Below, in pieces: positions 19,103 to 28,501 of a stretch of 64,000 nt of DNA (within the stretch, counting starts at the first letter, position 1; every line of letters starts with the position of its first letter). Source of the stretch: Vicinamibacteria bacterium (GTDB taxonomy: Bacteria; Acidobacteriota; Vicinamibacteria; Marinacidobacterales; Marinacidobacteraceae); the NCBI GenBank assembly GCA_963422395.1, contig OY729431.1, positions 1,088,001-1,152,000 of the forward strand, in the 5' to 3' direction. Under the pieces are notes generated by a model. The model was not told where the DNA came from and did no database searches. It was given only the letters and a program-made list of their open reading frames with translations. Position numbers and translations under genes: made by a program.

Positions 19103-20524
19103 CTACGCCGGTGCCCCCGCCGGCCTCTGCTCCTGCTGTCGTGCGAGCCGGCGGAGTAGCTGATGACTGTAGATTCCGGTCTCGTGCCCGTCGCTCCAAT
19201 GGATCTGGACCCCGTAGTTTCCGATCGGGACGAGCTGCTTCGGAGCGAAGGCGCTGGGTAGTAGCAGGGTGAGAGACCGGCGATGGCCACTCCACTCATC
19301 CACACAGGTCGCGCAAGGGCAGTGATTCCGCAAGTATTCGAAATCCAGCCGATCCTGCCGGCCATCGTTCCAGCGGACCACGATCCTGTCGTCTTCAACG
19401 CGAATCGACTCCGCCGCCCCGACCCGTTCCCCGTGGTTCGAACGGGCGACTTCGAGGGAAACGCGGCGAGCGATCTCCCGGTATGCCGCCGCTGCCGGAC
19501 TGTCGGGATCCCGGAGCACCGTGGGCTTGCCGCTGTCTCCCGCGGCGACTACCCGGGGATCGAGCGGCACGCTGCCGAGAAACGGGAGTTCCAGGTCCCG
19601 AGCCACCTCTGTTCCGCCGCCGCTCGAGAAGATGTCGGTCGTCTGGCCGCAATGGGGGCAGGCGAAAGAACTCATGTTCTCGATCACGCCGAGGACCGGC
19701 ACTCCGACGGGTTGGAACATGCGGAGACCCTTCTCCGCGATGATTCTCGCCACTGCCTGGGGGGTCGTGACGATCACCGCTCCGGCGAGCGCGGCCGTCT
19801 GGGCGATCGTGAGCTGGACATCTCCGGTGCCGGGCGGGAGATCCACCAGGAGGTAGTCGAGATCGCCCCACACCACTCCGGAGAAGAACTGCTGCACCAG
19901 ACGAGACGCCATGGGGCCCCTCCAGATCACCGGCGTTTCCTTCGAAGAGAGCATTCCCATCGAAATGAAACGAACTCCGTAGACTTCGAGGGGAAGTAAT
20001 CGGCGGTGTTCGTCGGTGGCCGGCCGGTCATCCTTTCCGAACATCGTGGTCTGCGACGGCCCGTACACATCGGCGTCGAGGAGACCCACCCGGACGCCCT
20101 CGGCCGCCAAGGCTGCCGCGAGGTTGGCGGACACCGTGCTCTTCCCCACTCCGCCCTTTCCGGAGGCGATGGCGACCACATTCCGGACTCCCTCCGGTTT
20201 CGTGGGGGAAGTCTTCGGCCCGCGCCGCGCTGTCTCGTGCTCTTCCCCGACTTCGGGGAGGCTGGAGGCCGTCACCTGGGTCCGGACGACGATCTCGGCT
20301 CGGGTGATCCCCGGCAGGGCGAGCAGGGCTCTTTGCGCCTGCTCCCGAATCATCTCGGCGGCGGCACTGCCCACATTGGGCAGAACGACTGCGGCGCTTA
20401 CTGCCGGAGCGCAAATCCGGAGATCACTCACTTGTCCCAGTTCCACGATGTTCGCGCCGGAGAACTCGGGATTCCCGACAGCGCTGAGCGCCTCGATGAG
20501 CTGTTGGCGGCTGGGTGAGGGCAT
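19103..20524 (-). CDS. mrp: Mrp/ApbC Fe-S carrier ATPase with N-terminal DUF59-like and C-terminal DUF971-like domains
   Basis: SGKGGVGKS, DADVYGPS, DLPPGTGD and ENMS..CPHC motifs. C-terminal LRNHCPCATC...WSDGHETGIYS. Confidence 0.9.
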   Translation of the reverse strand: MPSPSRQQLIEALSAVGNPEFSGANIVELGQVSDLRICAPAVSAAVVLPNVGSAAAEMIREQAQRALLALPGITRAEIVVRTQVTASSLPEVGEEHETARRGPKTSPTKPEGVRNVVAIASGKGGVGKSTVSANLAAALAAEGVRVGLLDADVYGPSQTTMFGKDDRPATDEHRRLLPLEVYGVRFISMGMLSSKETPVIWRGPMASRLVQQFFSGVVWGDLDYLLVDLPPGTGDVQLTIAQTAALAGAVIVTTPQAVARIIAEKGLRMFQPVGVPVLGVIENMSSFACPHCGQTTDIFSSGGGTEVARDLELPFLGSVPLDPRVVAAGDSGKPTVLRDPDSPAAAAYREIARRVSLEVARSNHGERVGAAESIRVEDDRIVVRWNDGRQDRLDFEYLRNHCPCATCVDEWSGHRRSLTLLLPSAFAPKQLVPIGNYGVQIHWSDGHETGIYSHQLLRRLARQQEQRPAGAPA

Positions 20525-20644
20525 GGATTCGACTCGAGAGAGGATGGCGGCGGTTCTTCTGCGCCGTTGGTCAGGAAGTGGCTGCCGTTTAGGATACTCG
20601 GAGGGCAGTGTCTTTGTGCTGTTCGCAAGAAAAAGGAGTCGCCC

Positions 20645-23008
20645 GTGAGTCCAGACCGACCGATCCGCCATGAGATCGAACTGCCGGGGATCGCCCTTCG
20701 AATAGCTGCCTCGGCGGTGCTGGTTCTGCTTTCTGTAGCTGTCGGGAACGCGGCGCGCGCCGAAGCGCAGGAAGCCGGGGAGGAGACAGAAGGACAGGCC
20801 GGCGCGCAGGCGGAGGAGGAGGCAGAAGCGGCTGAAGAGCCGCTCCGCTACTCCGAAACAGTGGTGGTTTCCGCTTCACGCGTCGAACAGGAGCTGGTGA
20901 ACGCTCCGGCCACCGTCACCGTCATCGACTCCGAACTCATCGAAACCCAGGCGTCGAGTAACTTCGGCGATCTGATCCGGCAGGCTCCGGGCGTCAATGT
21001 GACCCAGTTGTCGAACCGGGACTTCAATGTCACGAGCCGCGCCAACTCCGGCACTCTCGCCACTTCTCAGCTGGTACTGGTGGACGGCCGCTCCGTATAT
21101 CAGGACTTCTTCGGTTTCGTCGCCTGGGACCTCATTCCGGTCGGCGTCGAAGATCTCGACCGAATCGAGGTGGTCAACGGCCCCGCTTCCGCGGTCTGGG
21201 GCGCCAATGCGATGAGTGGAGTGGTGAACTTGATCACCAAGGCGCCGCGCGACACCGAGGGGTTCACCCTCGATCTTCGCATGGGAACCTTCGACCGCAA
21301 TGTCACCGGACGCGAAATGGACCCCGGAAGCCTCCTTTCCGGGACTCTCACCCACGCCCGGGCAGTGAGCGATCAGCTGGCCTATCGGGTCAGCCTCGGT
21401 TTCACTCGCCAGGGCGCATTCGCCCGGCCCTTCGGCGAGATTCCCAATGACACGGGGACCGTGTATCCGCCGATCGAGGGCGTCGACGCCCAAATGCCGA
21501 AGCTGGATTTCCGGGTGGACTGGGATGCCCCCGACCGCTCAGCCGGCTTCAGGGTTTCCGGAGGCTATGCGGGAACCCAGGGGATGATGCATTCCGGGCT
21601 CGGGCCGTTCCAGATCCGTCCCGGCTCCCGCATGGCGTACGGGAGAGTGCAATATCTGCGCGGCTCTCTGGAAGTGGGTGCCTTCGTGAATTCGACGGCT
21701 TCAGAGTTCGACGCCATCCTCGTCCAGGATCCCGCCGGAGCCACGATCGAGTCCCATGTGCGCTCGAACACCTACGACCTGAGCCTCAAGGACAGCCGCT
21801 TGCTCGGTAGTCGGCACATCGTCAGCTACGGCGCCAGCTTCCGTTTCGTCACGCTGGACATGAGCATCGCCCCGCGCGGTGACGGGCGCAACGAGCAGGG
21901 CTTCTATCTGAACGACGAGATCTTCCTGGGAAACCGATTCCGCTGGATCATCGGCGCCCGCGCCGACCGGATCAGCGTTCTCGACGAGTTCGCGATTTCT
22001 CCCCGCACGACGCTCATCTTCAAGCCCGCGCCCGAACACGCCCTCCGCATCTCATACAGCCAGGCGTTTCGTGCCCCCTCGCTGGTCAACAACTTCATGG
22101 AAGTGGATATCTCACAGCCAGCCGAGTTCGATCTGCGGCCCGCCATCCGCGGCTTCTTCCCCGGACTCGGTATTCCTGACAGTGCGCTTCCCCAGCCGGT
22201 CCTCTATCGCGTCCCCTTCGTGGCGACAGGATCCTCCGGCCTGTTGCCGGAAACCCTGACCGCCTGGGAGATCGGTTGGTCGGGCGCCCTCTCCACGAGA
22301 GTCGGTGCCACCGCGGCGTTCTACATCAACCGCACCCGGGACACGATCGATTTCACCGATAGCGAGTTCTGGTCCGGGGCGAACCCTCCTGCCGGCTGGA
22401 ACGAAGCCTTTGCCGCAACGAGTGACTTCTTCAAGGGCGTCTCGGCAGCGCTCCCTCCGGGTACATTGCCGCCGTCGGTGGCGGCGGTCGGCGAAAACCC
22501 TGCGGCCCTCATCGACCTGCTGGGCAGTTTGGCGGATGTGCGGCTCCCGGCAGTCTTCACTTATGTGAATCGGGATTCCCTCACGAACCGCGGCCTCGAG
22601 CTCGGCCTGCACGCCCACCTCGCCTCCAACCTGGGCGGCTATCTCAACTATTCGTGGCAGGGCACCCCCCAAGTGACCGGTTACGCCGAGGACGAACTCG
22701 CCGAAGTCAGCAGGCCGCCGAAACACCGTTGGAACGCAGGCCTCGACGCGTCGTTCGGGCGGATGCGGTTGGGCGCCTCCGTGAACTACGCGGACCGTGC
22801 CCGCTGGACCGATGTGTTGACTGCCGAGTACCACGGCTGGACCGAGTCGTACACCATGGTGAATACCACCGTCGGGGTGAACCTGCTCGAAGGGCGATTC
22901 CGGCCGTCGATCCGGATCATCAATCTGCTGAACCAGGAGATCCAGCAGCACATCTTCGGCGATGTCCTGAGACGCCAGGTCATCGGACAGCTGCGCTATC
23001 AGTTCTGA
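20645..23008 (+). CDS. TonB-dependent outer membrane receptor
   Basis: Signal peptide, TonB box ETVVVSA, plug motif RIEVVNGPASAVWGANAMSGVVNLITK and a C-terminal Y.F. Confidence 0.92.
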   Translation: MSPDRPIRHEIELPGIALRIAASAVLVLLSVAVGNAARAEAQEAGEETEGQAGAQAEEEAEAAEEPLRYSETVVVSASRVEQELVNAPATVTVIDSELIETQASSNFGDLIRQAPGVNVTQLSNRDFNVTSRANSGTLATSQLVLVDGRSVYQDFFGFVAWDLIPVGVEDLDRIEVVNGPASAVWGANAMSGVVNLITKAPRDTEGFTLDLRMGTFDRNVTGREMDPGSLLSGTLTHARAVSDQLAYRVSLGFTRQGAFARPFGEIPNDTGTVYPPIEGVDAQMPKLDFRVDWDAPDRSAGFRVSGGYAGTQGMMHSGLGPFQIRPGSRMAYGRVQYLRGSLEVGAFVNSTASEFDAILVQDPAGATIESHVRSNTYDLSLKDSRLLGSRHIVSYGASFRFVTLDMSIAPRGDGRNEQGFYLNDEIFLGNRFRWIIGARADRISVLDEFAISPRTTLIFKPAPEHALRISYSQAFRAPSLVNNFMEVDISQPAEFDLRPAIRGFFPGLGIPDSALPQPVLYRVPFVATGSSGLLPETLTAWEIGWSGALSTRVGATAAFYINRTRDTIDFTDSEFWSGANPPAGWNEAFAATSDFFKGVSAALPPGTLPPSVAAVGENPAALIDLLGSLADVRLPAVFTYVNRDSLTNRGLELGLHAHLASNLGGYLNYSWQGTPQVTGYAEDELAEVSRPPKHRWNAGLDASFGRMRLGASVNYADRARWTDVLTAEYHGWTESYTMVNTTVGVNLLEGRFRPSIRIINLLNQEIQQHIFGDVLRRQVIGQLRYQF

Positions 23009-23062
23009 CAGAGTCCGCGCCGTGCGGGCCCCCGCCCGCCTGCCCGAAAGCGCGCGCTACCG

Positions 23063-25096
23063 CTAGTTCTCGTCGGCAGCGCCCTTCGGCGGCTTCAGGT
23101 AGCGATCGAACCAATCGAGGTACCGCTCGTAACGGTCCTTCACGAACGATGGCAGCCGGATGCCGTGGCTCTGTCCGGGATAGATGATGAGGCGGGTGGG
23201 CACCCCGAGCCGTCTCAGGCTCTGGTAGAGGTTCTCCGACTGGCTCAGCGGGACATTCCAGTCCTGCTCACCGCAGAGCACGAGGGTGGGGGTGGTTACC
23301 TGGTGCACGCTGGAGATGGGGGACAGGCGGTTGTAGAGATCGGGGCTTTCCCAAGGCAGCCCGAGTTCCATCTCCCATTCGAGCTGGTAGTGATCGTTGC
23401 CGTAGGCCGCCCGGTAATCGGTTTCGCTGGCGCCGGTCACGGCTGCCCGGAAACGGTTGGTCTTGGTGATCACATAGTTGGTGAGGATGCCTCCGTAGCT
23501 CCAGCCCCCCACTCCCAGCCGATCCGGATCCGCATAGCCGAGCCCGATCAGGTGGTCTATCGCCGCATTCACATCCTCGTAGTCGAGGTTGCCCCAGTCG
23601 GCCCAGATCGCGTGGGAGAACGCCTCGCCCCTCCCCGAGGATCCTCGGGGGTTCGCGGCGACCACCAGATAGCCGCTCGCGGCGAACACCTGCCAGATGG
23701 ACTGAAACGCCGTCGAGAACTGCGACACCGGCCCGCCGTGGATCCAGAGGATCGTGGGGTAGCGTTTTCCAGCCTCGAAGTCGGGCGGCTTGGTAACGAA
23801 ACCCTGGATCTCGGTTCCGTCCGAACTGGGGAAAGTGATTCGCTCCACCTCGGAAAGCCGCACCTCGGCGAGCAGGGCGTCGTTTTCCCGGGTCAGCCGG
23901 CGCGGCTCGCTACCTCGCGTCCAGCCGATCACTTCGGGCGGTCGATGCGGGGTGGCAGCGACTGCTACCGCCCGCTCCCCCACGACTTCCAGATCCCGGA
24001 CATCCCGCTCTCCGGCGAGGACCCGGTCGAAGGCAGCATCCGGTGCCAGGGAAAACGAAGCGAGGTGACGGTTGCCGGCGTCCTCGAGGAGGGCGAAGAC
24101 CGAGCCGGAGTCGGTGCCGAAACGCGGGCTCGAGAGGTTGCGGTCCAGCGCCGCGGCGAGATGGATCACCTCGTCGGTCGCCCGGTCGAGGGCGAACAGG
24201 TGCTCGGTGGCGTACCAGATTCGTTCGGGTTTGCGGTTGCCGGTGTGGACGACGAAGCGTCCATCGGGGCTGAAGACGGGAGACCGGTCCGGCCCGGGGT
24301 TGCTGGTGAGCCGCACCGGTCCGGTCGTCTCGCCGCCGTTCCGCGGAATCAGGAAGATGTCGGAGTTGTCGGTGGCGTCCGGATCCCCTTCCAGTGGGCG
24401 GACGCTCACGAAGGCGATCTCCGAACCGTCTGGAGAAAAGACCGGCGAGACATCGTCATAGGGTCCGAAGGTCCGTTGCTCGTGTGACCCGTCGCTGCTG
24501 TCCACGAGATAGAGATGGCGGCGGCGGTCGTCGAGATATCCCCGTCCGTCGCGCTTGAACTGCAGGCGATCGATCACCAGCGGCGCTGGCTCGGGTTCGC
24601 TCCCCTCGGCCGGCTGGTTCGGGTCCGGGTCCATGGAAACGACGACCAGCGCCGTTCCGTCTGGAGCCCAGGAGAAGGAGGAAACCCCTCCGGGCAGGTC
24701 GCTCAGGGCTCGTGCCTCGCCGCCGGCGAGCGGCAACAGCCAGACCTGAGTCTTCCCGCGGTCGCCGGAACTCAGGAAGGCGAGCTGCGAGCCGTCGGGA
24801 CGGAACCGAGGGTGGGAAACCGAGCGGTCCGCCCGGGTCAGCGCCCTCGAATCGCCTCCGGCGAAGGGCACGAGGTGGATTCGGCTCGCCGACTCGTTCT
24901 CCTCGAGGTCGATCCGGGAGACCACATAGACGACCTGCTCCCCGTCCGGCGACAGTTGCGGGTCGGAAACCGAGGCGATCCCGAGAGCGTCCCCGACGGT
25001 GAAGTTCCGGTGCTGTCCGGCCGCCGGAGAGGCCAGCAGGACCGCGAATCCGAGAACCGCGAAGGGACCTCGCAAGTTGAGGATGGAATCCGTCAT
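23063..25096 (-). CDS. Exported S9 family peptidase (acylaminoacyl/dipeptidyl peptidase)
   Basis: Signal peptide, beta-propeller SPDG repeats, IHGGP, the nucleophile GWSYGG, D.NV and the catalytic His (QSHG). Confidence 0.92.
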   Translation of the reverse strand: MTDSILNLRGPFAVLGFAVLLASPAAGQHRNFTVGDALGIASVSDPQLSPDGEQVVYVVSRIDLEENESASRIHLVPFAGGDSRALTRADRSVSHPRFRPDGSQLAFLSSGDRGKTQVWLLPLAGGEARALSDLPGGVSSFSWAPDGTALVVVSMDPDPNQPAEGSEPEPAPLVIDRLQFKRDGRGYLDDRRRHLYLVDSSDGSHEQRTFGPYDDVSPVFSPDGSEIAFVSVRPLEGDPDATDNSDIFLIPRNGGETTGPVRLTSNPGPDRSPVFSPDGRFVVHTGNRKPERIWYATEHLFALDRATDEVIHLAAALDRNLSSPRFGTDSGSVFALLEDAGNRHLASFSLAPDAAFDRVLAGERDVRDLEVVGERAVAVAATPHRPPEVIGWTRGSEPRRLTRENDALLAEVRLSEVERITFPSSDGTEIQGFVTKPPDFEAGKRYPTILWIHGGPVSQFSTAFQSIWQVFAASGYLVVAANPRGSSGRGEAFSHAIWADWGNLDYEDVNAAIDHLIGLGYADPDRLGVGGWSYGGILTNYVITKTNRFRAAVTGASETDYRAAYGNDHYQLEWEMELGLPWESPDLYNRLSPISSVHQVTTPTLVLCGEQDWNVPLSQSENLYQSLRRLGVPTRLIIYPGQSHGIRLPSFVKDRYERYLDWFDRYLKPPKGAADEN

Positions 25097-25157
25097 TGCC
25101 GGACCTCCCGTGACTTCGTCCGCATGACCGGAAGTGGTGATCTCCCGCCGCGGCGGC

Positions 25158-26216
25158 TCAGCGATAGGAAGCGACGGCCTCGTCGAGGACCTCCGGCGGC
25201 GGGCGGAGCTGTTCCTCGCCCAAGAGTGCGAGCGGCTCGTCCGTGAGTTCCAGAGTATCGAGGAGGGTGCGCTTCTCCGTGTTCAGGTAGAGGAGTCCGG
25301 TCAGGAAGAGGTCCTTCTCGTTGGCTTCCAGCATGAGTTCTCGGACCGCGCGCCGGTTCGTGGGGTCGTAGTCACGCTCCAGTTTGCCGAGCCGGACCCG
25401 GGACCCGTCGTGGAGCTGGACTTCCTGCACCGTGCCTTCGGCATACTCGACTTCGATCTGCTCGAACGAAGGGACGAAGTCCACCATGTGGATGGGCTCT
25501 TCGTTGTCCTTGCCCCAGGTGTAGCTCTTCGTCGAGCCGGCGTGGTTGTTGAAGGTGACGCAAGGGCTCAGGATGTCGAGGACCGCGGTGCCGTTGTGGG
25601 CGAGAGCGCCGCGCAGCAGTGCCACGAGCTGCTTCGGATCCCCCGCGAACGACCGGGCTACATAGGTCGCGCCGAGTTCGACCGCCATCCCGCAAAGGTC
25701 GATGTTCGGCAATCGGTTCACCTCGCCCGAGCGGAGCGCGGCGTTTTCGTCGGCGGTGGCCGAAAACTGTCCCTTGGTCAATCCGTACACCCCGTTGTTC
25801 TCCACGATGTACAGGAGCGGCAAATTGCGCCGCACCAGGTGGACGAACTGGCCGATGCCGATGGAAGCGGTGTCCCCGTCACCGGAAACTCCCACCGCGA
25901 TCAGCCGGCGGTTGGCGAGCACGGCGCCGGTGGCCACCGAGGGCATGCGGCCGTGGACTGCGTTGAAGCCGTGACTATGGTTCAGGAAGTAGGCCGGAGT
26001 CTTGGAAGAACAGCCGATTCCGGAGAGCTTGGCCACTTCGTGGGGTCGCACCTCGGACTCGAAGAAGGCGCGGATGAGCTGGTTCGAGATCGCGTCGTGC
26101 CCGCACCCCTTGCAGAGGGTGGACGGCTTGCCTTTGTAGTCGCTCGCGGTCAGCCCGAGCCGGTTGGTCCGGCGGGGCCCTCGGCGCGCTCCGGCGGCGG
26201 TCGCTTCGTCAGTCAT
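25158..26216 (-). CDS. korB: 2-oxoacid:ferredoxin oxidoreductase beta subunit
   Basis: CKGCGH, SGIGCS, HGR, the TPP motif GDGD...NNGVYG and SPCVTF. Confidence 0.9.
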   Translation of the reverse strand: MTDEATAAGARRGPRRTNRLGLTASDYKGKPSTLCKGCGHDAISNQLIRAFFESEVRPHEVAKLSGIGCSSKTPAYFLNHSHGFNAVHGRMPSVATGAVLANRRLIAVGVSGDGDTASIGIGQFVHLVRRNLPLLYIVENNGVYGLTKGQFSATADENAALRSGEVNRLPNIDLCGMAVELGATYVARSFAGDPKQLVALLRGALAHNGTAVLDILSPCVTFNNHAGSTKSYTWGKDNEEPIHMVDFVPSFEQIEVEYAEGTVQEVQLHDGSRVRLGKLERDYDPTNRRAVRELMLEANEKDLFLTGLLYLNTEKRTLLDTLELTDEPLALLGEEQLRPPPEVLDEAVASYR

Positions 26217-26254
26217 GGTCTCGCATGGTTTCGCTCCCTAAAGTTCTCGATGCC

Positions 26255-26448
26255 TAGCAGCCTGTGGATGAAGTGGCGCGAGCCCCAAGGTCGGGGAGGC
26301 GCCCGGCGGACAAGGCGCGATTCGGGAGGCATACCGGGTGTATTCCGACGGAATCGCAACGCCGAGCGAAGCGGTTCAGCCGGGGCCCCCACCGGGAGAA
26401 CTGGGCATCGCCGGCCTTTGGCCGTGTGACTTTGTCCACAGGCTGCTA
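26255..26448. mobile_element. MITE, full copy 1 (~194 bp)
   Basis: Terminal inverted repeats TAGCAGCCTGTGGATGAAGT / ACTTTGTCCACAGGCTGCTA, no transposase, and ~90% identity to 29541-29733. Confidence 0.88.
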
Positions 26449-28299
26449 TATCGCCGCGATTTCGATCTCGCTCAGATAGTCCATGACGGTCCGGGCGTCT
26501 ATCGGGTGTCCGCTGAAGTGACGGAGGCTCCGCAGGACACCCTCGGGAATCCGGTCCCCGTATTCGGCCCGAAGCAGCTGGAGCAGTTGGCCGTCGCGGT
26601 TCTGATCGAGGACCACGACCTGGCGCCGCTGGATGATGAACTCCAGCACCGAGGGGGTGAGCGGCAGGGCCCGCAGGCGGAGATAGTCCACTTCGATAGC
26701 GGCCTCCTCCCGGAGGCGGGCCCGTGCCTCCTCGATCGCCGGGTCCGACGAACCGAAACCGATGATCCCCAACGGGCTCGGTGGATCGGTCTCGTCCACT
26801 AGCGGGCGAGGCACCATTCCGCGGGCGGTCTCGAACTTCCGGTCGAGCCGTTTCATCACCCGGACATACGCCTCCTCGCTCTCGGTGTATTCGGCGTTTT
26901 CGTCATGTCCGCTTCCGCGGGTGAAGTACGCCGCCGCCGGGTGGTTCGTGCCGGGAAGCGTTCGATAGGGGATCGCGTCGCCGTCCACATCTCCGTAGCG
27001 CTGGAACGACCCGAGCCGTTCGAGGTCCTCCCGAGTCAGGACCTTCCCGCGATCCATGGGTCGGTCGGGGTAATCGAAGGGTTCGGTGGCCCAGATGTTC
27101 ATCCCGAGGTCGAGGTCGGAGAGAACGAAGATCGGGGTCTGGAGGCGTTCCGCGAAATCGAAGGCCCGCCAGCCGAATTCGAAGCACTCGCGCGTGGAAG
27201 CGGGCAGCAGGCAGACATGCTTCGTGTCCCCGTGGGAGAGCGTGTAGGTGGAGAGGATGTCGCCCTGAGCGGTGCGGGTCGGAAGTCCAGTCGAGGGGCC
27301 AACGCGTTGGATGTCCCAGATCACCACTGGAATCTCGGCGTAATAGCCGAGCCCCACGAACTCGGACATCAGGGAGATTCCCGGTCCTGAAGTGGCGGTC
27401 ATCGCCCGCGCCCCGGCCCAGCCAGCGGCCAGTGCCATCCCGACTGCCGCCAGCTCGTCCTCGGCCTGCACCACCGCGTAGGTGGCCTTGCCCTCGGCAT
27501 TCTTCCGGTAACGGTCGAGGAAGCCGGTGAGCTGCTCCACGACGCTCGAAGAGGGAGTGATCGGGTACCAGGTCGCGACGCTCACCCCGCCGAACATGGC
27601 GCCGAGCGCCGCCGCCGCATTTCCGTCGATGAGGATCTTCCCGCGGTTCTCGTCCATCCGGGCCAACTGGAACGGGTCCCGTTTCTCCAGGTTTTCGCGC
27701 GCGTGGCGGAAGCCGATGTCCACCGCTCGACGGTTCAGCTCCACTGCGGTCTTCTTGCGCTTGAACTGCGTTTCGATGGAGCCGTAGATCTCTTCGATCT
27801 CGATCCCGAGCAGGGCGCCGAGCACGCCGACATAGATCATGTTGGCCAGCAGTTTCCGCAACCGGACTTCACGGGAAACCTCGGCGGCCAGCTCCTGGAA
27901 GGGCGCCGGATAGAAGATCAGGTCCTTCCGCACCCGATCCAACCGCAGCCCCTCCTCATAGACCACCGCGCTGCCCGGCTGGAGTGCCTCGACATCCCGT
28001 CTCGCCGTCTGGGGATTCAGTGCCACCAGGAAGTCCACATTCCGTTTGCGGGCCACCCAGCCGTTCCGGTTGGCGCGGATGGTGAACCAGGTCGGCAGGC
28101 CGGCGATGTTCGAGGGAAACAGGTTCTTTCCCCCCACCGGAATCCCCATTCGAAAGAGCGCCCGGAGCAGGACGAGGTTCGAAGACTGGCTCCCCGAACC
28201 GTTCACCGTAGCCACCTGGATGGCCAGGTCGTTCAAGACGGAACGGGATTCGAGTTCTAAGGGGACGGCTTCCTCGACGAGAGCCGCTTTGTCGGACAT
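26446..28299 (-). CDS. korA: 2-oxoacid:ferredoxin oxidoreductase alpha subunit (gamma-alpha fusion)
   Basis: NGSGSQS, YPITPSS, QAEDELAA, TSGPG and QRVGPSTGLPT motifs. Confidence 0.9.
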   Translation of the reverse strand: MSDKAALVEEAVPLELESRSVLNDLAIQVATVNGSGSQSSNLVLLRALFRMGIPVGGKNLFPSNIAGLPTWFTIRANRNGWVARKRNVDFLVALNPQTARRDVEALQPGSAVVYEEGLRLDRVRKDLIFYPAPFQELAAEVSREVRLRKLLANMIYVGVLGALLGIEIEEIYGSIETQFKRKKTAVELNRRAVDIGFRHARENLEKRDPFQLARMDENRGKILIDGNAAAALGAMFGGVSVATWYPITPSSSVVEQLTGFLDRYRKNAEGKATYAVVQAEDELAAVGMALAAGWAGARAMTATSGPGISLMSEFVGLGYYAEIPVVIWDIQRVGPSTGLPTRTAQGDILSTYTLSHGDTKHVCLLPASTRECFEFGWRAFDFAERLQTPIFVLSDLDLGMNIWATEPFDYPDRPMDRGKVLTREDLERLGSFQRYGDVDGDAIPYRTLPGTNHPAAAYFTRGSGHDENAEYTESEEAYVRVMKRLDRKFETARGMVPRPLVDETDPPSPLGIIGFGSSDPAIEEARARLREEAAIEVDYLRLRALPLTPSVLEFIIQRRQVVVLDQNRDGQLLQLLRAEYGDRIPEGVLRSLRHFSGHPIDARTVMDYLSEIEIAAI

Positions 28300-28501
28300 C
28301 AGCAAGGTTTGCGGGACAGGATTTGCATTACCGGCGCCGCTTACGGGTTCGGATCAGGGGGTGGCCGGACTGCATCGCCGGACTTCACTGTCTGACTCTA
28401 CTCTGGGCGGCCCCGCGAAGATCTGTCGCCCGAGCGAAACCACCTTCGAGTGACGCCCCAACGGGGAGCAGTGTACCCCAACCGGGGATGGAATCAGGCT
28501 G

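Noticed and set aside
26254-26479. Small ORFs within the MITE copies (61-84 aa)
   Set aside because: They arise from the repeat sequence, their frames are not conserved between copies, and they have no transposase motifs.
28456-28488. Twin CCCCAAC(C)GGGG mini-palindromes upstream of korA
   Set aside because: Too short and GC-rich to distinguish from chance.
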